The notes below the pieces were generated by a model, which was given only the letters and a program-made list of their open reading frames with translations, did no database searches and was not told the origin of the DNA. A stretch of DNA of 64,000 nucleotides from Thalia democratica. Taxonomy: Eukaryota. The number at the start of each line of letters is the position of its first letter. Positions within the stretch are counted from its first letter, which is position 1. The DNA lies in assembly GCA_965202585.1 (NCBI GenBank), contig OZ241829.1, positions 28,334,001-28,398,000 of the forward strand. The letters run 5' to 3'. Of the stretch, positions 1 to 10,013 are shown piece by piece. Position numbers and translations under genes: made by a program.

Positions 1-1025
1 AATCGAAAACAAGTGATCAACAAGATTCAGTTGATCAAGAGATTGAGACAAATTTTTTTTTGGCTGAAAAAAATTTATCTGACCACCATGTTCCGTTTAT
101 TCTGAAATGTTATTTTCAGACGCTGGTATTTTGTACGAACAAAATCGAAATCAATTGCTTCCAAATTAGCAAAAGACTTTTATATCTTCAAAAAAACTGG
201 AAAAAACAAGTTAAGGTTTCTTTGCAGCTTAATGGCGTTGTTATGAGTAAATGTTATTTACTAAATTACTTACTTTTATATATGTAAAGTAAACATAAAC
301 AGTTACTAAAGAAGTTAATGTTTATCTTATAGTTCGAACTTTTATAAATAATAGTATAATGTAAAGCTTAACATAATTAAAATAAATAAAGTTCTTAATG
401 TTTAAAGCATTGTACATTTAATTTATTCTTGTTTTACGTCATACAAGGTACAAAATTCAAGTTTAATCATATAAGTAGCTTGAAATTTAACACTTAAACT
501 TAGATTTCATATAAGTAGATTTTTAATTTAACGTTCTTATTCCTAATGTAAAAATATAACTTTTAGATATTGTATAATTTAGATATTTTGATATTTAGAA
601 TAACATTGTGTCTTTTTGACATGTAATGCATTGGTAATGCATCCCTGATATTAAGTGTAGAATATCAAAGTGAAACTGTACAGCCAATCATAATCAGCAA
701 ATTGCTAATTACTTATTATTATTATGCAAAAATTGCATTTATCTAGTTTGTAAGTTACAAACAAATATTTTTATTTTACTATTTTTACTAAATAAGGGTA
801 TTATAATATCTCAATTTTATAAATTTATTATACCTGAAACTACACAAAACTTAAAACATTTAGGATCCGGAACCGGATCCGGCTGGATCTTAATTAACAA
901 AAATAAATCTGGAACCAGATCCGGCCGGATCCTAGTTCTAAAATAAGGTCTGGACCTGGTTCGGGCAGGATCTTAAACTATAAAAAAGATCCAAATCCTG
1001 CCGGGACCTAAATAGTAGATCACTA
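1..1025 (+). mobile_element. hAT DNA transposon, 3' portion (copy A), truncated by the window start
   Basis: 1-~1025 is a diverged inverted match to 3799-4213 plus 9024-9360. It ends in GTAGATCACTA (1015-1025, reverse complement of the TIR TAGTGATCTAC), preceded by clustered (CC)GGATCC(GG) subterminal repeats at 861-1010. Frame 3 at the start reads SKTSDQQDSVDQEIETNFF, matching the transposase tail of copy B. Confidence 0.8.
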
Positions 1026-2890
1026 TTTATTTCTTTTAACGAATACAAAAGATACCTCAAAAAACATAGATGTCCCAGAAATAAGTAAAAACATATTTAA
1101 ATTGCAATATATTTTGAAAACACCAACATCTTAGCACCTGATAACTTAAGCACTTATTTTTCTTTACTGATTAAATCCATTGACTTTTATTTATATAAAC
1201 CGAGTGATGATAGACTTAGCCATTAAGAAAGTGTCTATATCTTATTTAAGACATACTGTTTATAGGAAAACAATAGTTTTAAAGCTGAACAATTAAAAAT
1301 GTTACAGCTTTACTATAACAAAGTTGGCATAAATTTAAATTTAGAAATTAAAAAATGCTTTTTAGTACTCACGAATTATTTTTGTTTTAACTTCTTAATA
1401 ATAAATATTAGTAAAGTTTATTACAACCAAATTGTAAACTGCAGAAAAAATATTAAAATGTACATATCAAAAAAATTCTAAATTAACTGTTATGACTAAG
1501 TACAAACTTGTATAATACGTTAAACAAAAAACATATATTAAAAACATTAGCAACTTCAATTATATAGTCAAGTAAAATAGTGATTTATAGCCAAAATCCC
1601 CGTCAAAAACAATAAGTTAATATCTTTCTTTGACTTTGCTTTTTAAACCAAAAGTAAAAATTTCTTCAAACTAATTTTTTTATTCATAATGTACGCAGTT
1701 TAAATTAATAAACATATTTCTTCTACTTTAACATTATAAATATTTAATACTTTATCTAAAATATTTTGCAATTTACTGAAAATTAAAGCATCTCTTATTC
1801 ACTAATGGATACACAATATCTTCAAAAAACTGTAATACTGGCCGAAAAGTTTTTTCGTGCACCAGGTTCTTAGACCAAATATTTTTACCTCTTATTTTTA
1901 AACTTTAATAAAGAATAAAATACACTTTGAATTTAAAAAATCTCATTTTTTCATACTAATTTAATATATATCGGCCTTATATCGTCAGAGACGTAAAGTA
2001 CAGAATATTAACAAATGAAATTATAAAAAAAAAACTTAAGCAATTAATGCGAGATCGAACGAAAAACAAATCAATATATATTTTATCAATAAACTAGAAT
2101 AAAAATCAAGCTTGATAAAATGGTGTAAGAAGTAAATAAATTTACTTTATGATTAACAAAATAAGACCGGCAAACTGCAGTCCGCGAAATGCATTTTGGC
2201 ACAAAAAAAAATTTTTTTGTTTTATATACAGAATAAATGTATTAGTTCTGACAAAACTGATCTCTAATAGTCATCGTTTTTTTCATATTTTTCCTGTATT
2301 TTTTTAAGGAATGTTTCCAATAAGTTTGAAAAACAAAAACATACATTTAGTCAGTTTAAGGTTTTTGGAAAACTAATGATAACAAATCTGTGGTCTACCT
2401 ACCTTTTGTATCAAAAACTTTTTTTAAGTTGACTTTGTCTCAAAAATAAATTTAAAGTTTTTATTTTATGTAAGATGTAACGGGAAATAATTATTTTATT
2501 AATTTCAGTATGTAATTGTTTGTAAAAAAAATAAAACCTCCTCGTTTTAATAGAATACTCAGGCTTAATATATACATAGTAATTACTTCTTATTTAATTA
2601 GGCTTCATAAAATACATGATTTTTTACGTAAGTTATTAAAATAAAGTACTTCTTTATTAAGCAATGTTTCAATACTAACCCTAAAGTAAATAAATATCTA
2701 ACACTTCACATCAAGAAAGTTCAAGAGTAAAAAGCTTTTATAATCGTACAGTTATTAGCTAAATTTATGATATATTAAAACAAACTTAAATTTTTGTTGC
2801 TTAGTTTATCATTCTAGTTTCTTACAAGTTATTTTAGCCAGTATTTATTTCGGCCATCATCAACGAAGTTGAGATGTTTTATGCAATCGA

Positions 2891-3126
2891 TAATAAACAA
2901 TGAATTTTACCGCAAGATCAACAACAACAGCATCCGAGACATTTTTTCAACTTTACCCACAAATGGTCGCTTCAGTACTTCGTACTTAATCCCGCTTGTT
3001 TAAGTTCACAATAGCAGTTTCTCGCGACTATTCCTGCCTGATGAGTCCTAATAAGGACGAAACCGGTCGTAGGATTGTCTCGGATGCTGTTGTTGTTGAT
3101 CTTGCGGTAAAATTCATTGTTTATTA
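2891..3126 (+). mobile_element. Penelope-like solo pseudo-LTR with inverted tail, carrying a hammerhead ribozyme
   Basis: Perfect 51-bp inverted repeat (2891-2941 / 3076-3126) enclosing a type I hammerhead. A hammerhead plus an inverted partial copy is the known architecture of Penelope-like pLTRs; the family assignment is inference. Confidence 0.65.
3033..3073 (+). ncRNA. Minimal type I hammerhead ribozyme
   Basis: CCTGC-CTGATGA-GTCC(TAATAA)GGAC-GAA-ACCGGT-C|GTAGG. Intact core, stem II GTCC/GGAC, palindromic mini stem III ACCGGT, GUC cleavage triplet ending at 3068, stem I CCTGC/GTAGG. Confidence 0.9.
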
Positions 3127-4213
3127 AGTTATTTTAGGAAGTAATGACGTTTTGTTGAAGTTAATTTTGAAAGTGTGTTTTAAAAAAACAAAAACACAGC
3201 ACTTATCATTATGGTTTGTAGTAAATAATTAATACTTTTATCTCTCTCTTTGAAACAACTGAATGCAGGCTAACTACGAATATACGTTTTATGTATGTTT
3301 TATTTATCGCTTGATTGTTACTTAATTGCAATTTCGAAGCCAGGTGTCAATTAATTGAAGGAGCAGTCATTTAAAAATCAATATTTTAAAACTAGCGGTT
3401 CTTAAACTTAACAATTTTGAATGTGATAAACATGTTAATTAGGCAATTTTGCGGTTACAATAGAAAGTATTAATGCTTTGTCTACAAAAACATCTAAAAC
3501 CTTATTTTGTTTTGAAGTGTTACTTTTTTCATAGAAAAGAGGTTATGTTGTGCGCTTGATTAGGCAAGCCAACCGGCCAATGCTATAACTTGTAAAAACT
3601 AGCGCCTTTTAAGGTCAAGCTAACAATTTTAATTGCTTTTGGGAGTTTTTAATTTATGCTGATTGCAGCAAGTTTTTTGGGGTAGCTTTGGATTTCCATT
3701 ACAAGCTTTAACCAATCAGAGCCAACTTTGTTTTGACTGTATTAACAGTATTTTAATAACAACTGATGCTAAACTGAAAACTATTTGTATGTAATAAAAA
3801 GTGATCTACCGGATCCACTATTTAAGACCGGATCCTAAATGTTTTTTAATTATGTAGTTTCAATAGTCAAGAAACTTATAGAATTTAGTTATTATGATAC
3901 CATTAACTAGAAAAAATAGGTTGATAATTTTTTTTTGTTAGAAAAAAATACAATGTTATTGTCTAAATATTTCGTTTTAACATTAGGAAAAAGAACGTTA
4001 ATTAGAAAATTTACTTATATGAAATCTCAGCTTAAATGTTAAATTTCAAGCTACTTATACGAGTAAACTTGAATTTTGTACCTTGTATGACGTAAAACAA
4101 AAAGAAATTTAATGTAACAATGCTTTAAAGAATAATGAACTTTATTCATTTTAATTATGTTAAGCTTTACATTATACTTTTACTTATAAAATTTCGGACT
4201 ATAAGATGAACAG

Positions 4214-4317
4214 TGTATAAGTATTTACCTAGCTTTCATTATGTTTTCTTGTACAGATTTTATCATTCTTTTAATTAGTTTGTAAATAAACTCAACAAAG
4301 AAAGATATATTTATTTA
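4214..4317 (+). repeat. 5' LTR (104 bp, TG...TA)
   Basis: Identical to 8915-9018; TATAA at 4216-4220 and AATAAA at 4285-4290. Confidence 0.97.
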
Positions 4318-4871
4318 TGATAAAATCTTATTCAATATTTGAATATAGTACAAGACAGGATTTGACTGAAAACACGAGATCATTTGCTGCCCGTTTAAAG
4401 GGAAAAGCTAGTACATGCTCGTACTCATGTAAATGCCCAAAGGATGGCTGTAACCAAATGATAGATTTCACAGACATTATCCTTAAAGATGTCATGGTAA
4501 CCGGTTTAGCTGATGAGGATATACGCAAAGAGGTGTTAGGATGGGGTAGTTTAGACGAGAAAGATGTCAATGAGACAATTGGTTTTATTGAAGCAAAAGA
4601 GATGGCACGTGATGCAATGACACAACCTGCTGTTACTGCCTCAGTTTCCTCGTACAAATCCTTTAGGAAAATTACAAAACGACCAAGTGGTAAAATAACT
4701 TGTAATATATGTAGTAAAACATCTACAAAATTTATTTGGAGCAGGAAAAATAACAAGTATATTGAGTGTTCTACATGTAAGCAATGCTGGATTAAATCCA
4801 GGAAAAAAGTTTATCATGGTGACAACAATTGTGCAGATGAGACGAATGCACTTCTAGTTGGTGGATCATAG
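4317..4871 (+). CDS. gag: Gag, apparently N-terminally truncated (184 aa)
   Basis: Capsid C-terminal-like RQDLTENTRSFAARLKGKASTC and GLADEDIRKEVL segments, then a Cys-rich basic region (CNIC...CSTCKQC). The ATG straddles the LTR end. Ends at a TAG that is in frame with pol. Confidence 0.75.
   Translation: MIKSYSIFEYSTRQDLTENTRSFAARLKGKASTCSYSCKCPKDGCNQMIDFTDIILKDVMVTGLADEDIRKEVLGWGSLDEKDVNETIGFIEAKEMARDAMTQPAVTASVSSYKSFRKITKRPSGKITCNICSKTSTKFIWSRKNNKYIECSTCKQCWIKSRKKVYHGDNNCADETNALLVGGS
4318..4328 (+). promoter_or_regulatory. Putative self-priming primer-binding site (non-tRNA)
   Basis: TGATAAAATCT abuts the 5' LTR and is the exact reverse complement of AGATTTTATCA at 4255-4265 inside the LTR. 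There is no TGG-initiated tRNA-type PBS. Confidence 0.7.
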
Positions 4872-7800
4872 ACACAAAATTTTGATCAGTCAGTTGATGT
4901 TAATGATAGTGTAGTAAAACTTGGTCATTACGTCTTTGATTGTTTGAATGGATGGAAAGCATCAGTGTCACTGAAACATCCAATAATTCAATTAAAAGCT
5001 TCTATTGATGAACAAGCATACACTCAGATGAATATAAAATGCCCTAGACAAAATTATTGCAAAATTAATGTCGTTACAGATACGGGTGCTCAGTCATGCT
5101 TATGGGACCTTAATAGTTACCTCAAACATGGTTTTAAGAAGTCAAGTCTTATACCAGTTAAAAGGAAAATGTTAGCGGCCAACAGAGAACAGATCAAAAT
5201 AACTGGTGTTATATTTATGGAATTAATGGTTAAAGATGTACAAGGTAAAGTTCATGTTGCAAAAGAAATGGTATATATAAGCCCATGTACTGACAGGTTT
5301 TTCCTTTCAAGAAATGCCTGCATAACACTTGGCATAATAAATCATGATTTTCCTCGTATTGGTGCGACCATTGAATCCTGCACTGTCCATGAAGAACTGC
5401 AAACTTGTGATTGTATACCTAGAACTCCTCCCCCTGATAGGTCAAAGGAGTTGCCATTTGCTTGCATTCCTGCAAACAATCAAAAGATGAGAGAATGGCT
5501 TTTAGATAGGTACGCATCATCTACATTTAATAAATGTACTCACCAATTGCTTCCAGAAATGACAGGTCCACCTTTGAAAATTCATATTGACCCAGATGCC
5601 ATTCCAAAAGCAATATCAACTACTTCCCCAATTCCAAAACATTGGGAAAATGAAGTAAAAGAAACTTTGGATAGGGATACTCGATTAGGTGTGCTTGGTA
5701 AGACTCCAGTTGGTGTTCCGTCTACTTGGGTACATCGTATGGTTGTGGTTGCTAAAGCTGATGGTAGCTGTAGAAGAGTTGTTGACCTTTCGCCTTTAAA
5801 TAAGTATTGTGTACGAGAAACACATCATGTAAAGCCTCCATTCATTCAAGTATGTGAAATTCCTGCAAACACCTGGAAAAGTGTGACCGATGCATGGAAT
5901 GGGTTTCATTTAGTACCACTTCGTCCAGAAGATCATCATCTCACAACATTTCTCACTCCATGGGGGAGGTACTACTACAAAGTAGCACCACAAGGTTATT
6001 TGGCAAGTGGAGATGCATATACGCGCAGGTATGATGAAATCATAATAGATATACCTAGAAAGACAAAATGCGTTGATGACACTGTTTTATGGGATGAGAA
6101 GTTGGCTGATCATTGGTGGCGTATGATTGACTATTTAGATTTAATGGGAAAAAATGGAGTTGTACTCAATCCTGAAAAGTTTCAATTTGCACAAAAAGAA
6201 ATAGACTTTGCTGGCTTTACTATTACGAAATCTGAAATTAAGCCACAAGAAAAGTTCATAAATGCTATTAGAGATTTTCCTATACCAAAGTCAATAACAG
6301 ATGTGCGATCATGGTTTGGTTTAGTGCACCAAGTTTCACACTACAACCAATTGACTTCTTTGATGATTGTGTTTAAGCCATTATTAAGTCCAAAAACTAA
6401 ATTTTACTGGAATGATGAGCTAGATGATACATTCTACAAATCAAGAGAAGCTATAGTTGCAGCCATAACAAAGGGAATACAAATTTTTGATTTGGGAAAG
6501 CCCACTTGTATACAGCCAGACTGGTCTACAACTGGTATTGGTATTTTTTGTCGCAGAAACATTGCTCTTGTAAGTCTGCTGTGCCAGGATGTTGTCAAAC
6601 CGGATGGCGTATTGTTTTAGCAGGCTCTCGCTTTCTTAGACCTTCTGAATCACGTTATGCTGCGGTAGAGGGAGAAAGCCTTGCAATTGTATGGGCACTT
6701 GAGCAATCACGGTATTTCACACAAGGATGTGATAATTTGTTGGTTCTGACTGATCACAAACCACTGGTTAAATTATTTGGAGACAGAACACTTGATGAAA
6801 TTGCAAACCCCCGCCTTTTCCTGTTAAAGCAGAGAAGTCTTTTATGGCGATTCAAGATTCTACATAAACCTGGTAAACTACACCTTGCTCCAGATGCAAT
6901 GTCACGTCATCCAGTGGTTACCGTACATAAAACAAAAGATGAAGTTGAGATAAGTGCTTCTGAAATTTTAGCTGGAATACGTTTGCCAGACAGTGAGTGT
7001 ATCATTGCAAGTAATCAAGTAGGTGACAATTTTCAAGCTGTGACTTTTGACCGAGTTAAAGAAGAAACTTTAAAAAATAAACAAATGATGAAGCTTATTC
7101 ATTATGTTCAAGCTGGTTTTCCAGAGACCAAAGACCACCTACCATTAGAATTGCATGAGTTTTGGATAGTTCGCTATTCTTTGTTTATGATGGATGGGGT
7201 CATTATGTGTGGTGATTGTAAACGAGAACTTGATCATAATAAGTTTCTATCACCTAGCAGTATACTTAAGGATGATGTGTATAGAATTGTTATTCCTCCA
7301 TCATTAAGAAAAGAGGTTTTAAGAGTGTTGCATTCTGCTCATCAAGGAGTCACTGCAATGAACGAGCGAGCAAAATCGATTGTTTATTGGCCGGGAATAA
7401 CAAATGACATTCAAGGCTGTCGGGAAAATTGCAATAGTTGCAACTTAATTGCACCAAGCAATCCTCGCCTACCTCCAATTGAACCATTGATTCCAAAGGT
7501 TCCTTTTGAGTCAATTGTTTGTGATTATTTTCAGTTCAAAGGTTGGTATTATTTTGTAGCTGCCGACAGACTTTCAGGATGGACAGAACAACTAAGAATC
7601 AAATTGGGTACAAATGATTCTGGTTCAAAAGGGCTGTGTAAAGCTTTGCGTCGTATTTTTGTGACTTTTGGTGTTCCAGTTGAAATATCTTCTGATGGAG
7701 GTCCAGAGTTTTCTGCAAAAGTTACCAAAGATTTTCTGAAACGATGGGGTATACACCATCGTATGTCATCTGCATATCATCCAGTGTCAAACGGTAGGGC

Positions 7801-8716
7801 GGAATTAGCAGTAAAGGCTTCTAAGCGATTGTTAATGGAGAATGTTGGTTCAAATGGTGAACTAAATAATGACAAAATGGTACAAGCTTTACTTACGCAG
7901 AGAAACACGCCTGATCCAGGATGCAAACTATCACCTGCACAGATCCTTCTTAGAAGAAATTTAAAGGACTCCTTGCCTTTCCTCAGGAAGAGTATTATGG
8001 CTTACAATAACCCGCAGATCTTAAACATTTGGCGTAACGCATGGAGTAAAAAGGAAGAAGCTCTTAGGTCTCGTTATGTTAAGTCTCTCGAGAATTTAAG
8101 TGAGCACACAAGATTGTTGCCACCATTGAATTGCGGTGATCATGTCATGATACAGAATCAAGCAGGTAACTTCCCTAACAAGTGGGGGAAAAGTGGTGTA
8201 ATAGTAGAACTAAAAGACTATCATCAGTATGTTGTCAAGATTGATGGATCAGGTCGCTTAACTGTACGAAATCGAAAGTTTTTAAGAAAATTTAATCCTC
8301 CTGTTTGCAAATCTCAAAATAGTATCCCTTATCTTAGAAAAGCAAACATACCAACGCAGAAGTTGTTTTTTTCTGGCAACTATGAGAGAAAAGATTCCAA
8401 GGAAAGTTTTGATTGTGTGCGCTCCCATAAAGGAATACGTTTCAAAGCTGGAGATAACTTTGACAAAATTTGCAAAGCGAAACCAGCTACCTTCCTTTCA
8501 CCTGAGGACTCAAATTGCACTGAAGAAAGCCAATCCTCTACAAATCAGAAAAATGGTGTATTGTCTCGTTTGGACCCTAATGATAAATCTAGGGTATTTG
8601 AAAGAAATTTTAATGACGATGGAGTATTTCCAGAAAATGAACTGCGCCGTTCCGGTCGTGTAAGAACCCGGAGAAAGATTTATGATGCCGAAAGCGGTAC
8701 ATACAAACCTGTTTAA
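4872..8716 (+). pseudogene. pol: Pol polyprotein (protease, RT, RNase H, integrase) split by a 1-nt deletion at ~6542
   Basis: Protease VTDTGAQS; RT DAWNGFH, PQGYLASGDAY, CVDD; RNase H QPDWS, YAAVEGESLAIVWAL, TDHKPL; integrase HSAHQG...C..C, DYF, SDGGPEF, SNGRAE. Restoring one T in GGT(T)ATTTTTTG joins ORFs 4944-6620 and 6506-8716 as TTGIGYFLSQKHC. Confidence 0.92.
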
Positions 8717-8905
8717 ACTGTTGTTAAAATTAATGTTTTTTTACAAATTGTAACTATGTTTATTGTAACATTTTAGTGATTTACGTTCGTTTTGAGTGTT
8801 GTTTCGTTGATGTTAGCACAGAAAACGGTATTTAAGTTTGCAATTTTGTAAATAATTTGTTTTGTTAGCTAGACGTGTCGTTTCATCTCCTTGGTGATAA
8901 AATCT

Positions 8906-8914
8906 GGGGGGAGA
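8906..8914 (+). promoter_or_regulatory. Polypurine tract
   Basis: GGGGGGAGA immediately before the TG of the 3' LTR. Confidence 0.9.
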
Positions 8915-9018
8915 TGTATAAGTATTTACCTAGCTTTCATTATGTTTTCTTGTACAGATTTTATCATTCTTTTAATTAGTTTGTAAATAAACTCAACAAA
9001 GAAAGATATATTTATTTA
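8915..9018 (+). repeat. 3' LTR (104 bp)
   Basis: Identical to 4214-4317 and followed by the TSD AACAG. Confidence 0.97.
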
Positions 9019-9279
9019 AACAGTAACTTCTTTAGCAACTGTTTTTTGTTACTTTACATATATAAAAGTAAGTAATTTAGTAAATAAAATTTACTCTTAA
9101 CAACGCTATTAAGCTACAAAGAAACCTTAACTTATTTATGAAGATATAAAAGTTACCAGCGTCTGAAAATAACATTTCAGAATAAACGGAAGATGGTGGT
9201 GCCGAAAGATAGCTTCTGTGTGTTTTTTTTTCTGTTTTGAGTTACACAAAGACAAAACTTCAGCTTCTTAAACTTTTCA

Positions 9280-10013
9280 GCAGATAAGTTATTTTCAGCC
9301 AAAAAAAATTAATTTTTGTCTCAATTTCCTGATCAATTGAATTTTGTTGCTCACTTTTGTGAGTGTTTACACTTCTCTCCGATTTAAATGTAGAATAGAA
9401 CGACAAAATGTTTTTGGGAACATCATTTTTAGGTAGTTTAGTTTTAGGTTTATTTGACGGTACTAGGGGAACTTGACTACTTCGACCAGTCTCACGACAA
9501 TTTTATTTTTTACTTCTGATTTCAATAGCCTTACAACCTTCTATTTGAGATTAGCAGGAAAGTCAAGTCGATACCGTGGATCAACAGCTGTTGTGAGTAA
9601 AAACAAGTCGTTGTTATGAAGGTTTATTCGTGTGCTGTTATTAGTAGTATAAAACCTTATTTTGAAATCCTCGCTTACATTTTCTGCCAAGGTTGCTAAG
9701 GTTGACCTGGTGGACTATAAGCTTCATGATTAGAAAAAGTTTTTTGTACTGATGCATGCGGGATTACACTTGGCAGCAATGCGTTGTTTATACTTCACTG
9801 CTTCGTTACTATGTAAAAGGGTTCGAACAGTTCATTAAGGAGGCTAACAAGTTTCCGTTCATCAGCTGTAAGAATATTTTTGGGTTTAAACTTGTTGTTA
9901 GCCACGTAGTTCTGGACAACTGTTTTTATTTTTTCTAGACTTTTTAGAATGATGTAGGTTGAGTTCCACCTTGTCTCAACATCTTGCAAAACCGTGGCTG
10001 GATCCGGATCCAA
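9280..10013 (-). pseudogene. hAT (ZBED-like) transposase remnant
   Basis: DVETRWNSTY motif (ORF 9795-10013) and LLTTAVDPRYRL (~9565-9600), interrupted by stops and frameshifts. Confidence 0.88.

Larger units (their letters stand above)
4214..9018 (+). mobile_element. Ty3/gypsy LTR retrotransposon, recent insertion, coding-defective
   Basis: Identical 104-bp LTRs; TSD AACAG (4209-4213 / 9019-9023); PPT GGGGGGAGA (8906-8914); domain order gag-PR-RT-RH-IN. Confidence 0.97.

Noticed and set aside
861-1010. GGATCCGG repeats (and the GACAATTCAAATTC repeats at 25918-25963) as CRISPR-like arrays
   Set aside because: Irregular spacing, no unique spacers, eukaryotic context; explained as transposon subterminal repeats.
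1960-2000. CTGACGA on the minus strand as a third hammerhead
   Set aside because: No stem II followed by GAAA and no stem I partner.
4328-4756. 142-aa minus-strand ORF opposite gag; also 8382-8663 overlapping the integrase tail
   Set aside because: Antisense or alternate-frame shadows of retrotransposon ORFs, with no motifs or independent signals.
4869-4880. Canonical leaky-stop signal at the gag TAG
   Set aside because: The context TAG-ACACAA does not match CARYYA and no obvious downstream pseudoknot was seen; readthrough remains unproven.
8340-8905. Chromodomain or env gene after the integrase
   Set aside because: The integrase tail is low-complexity with an RRSGR motif and no aromatic-cage pattern; the 3' UTR is under 200 bp with no ORF.
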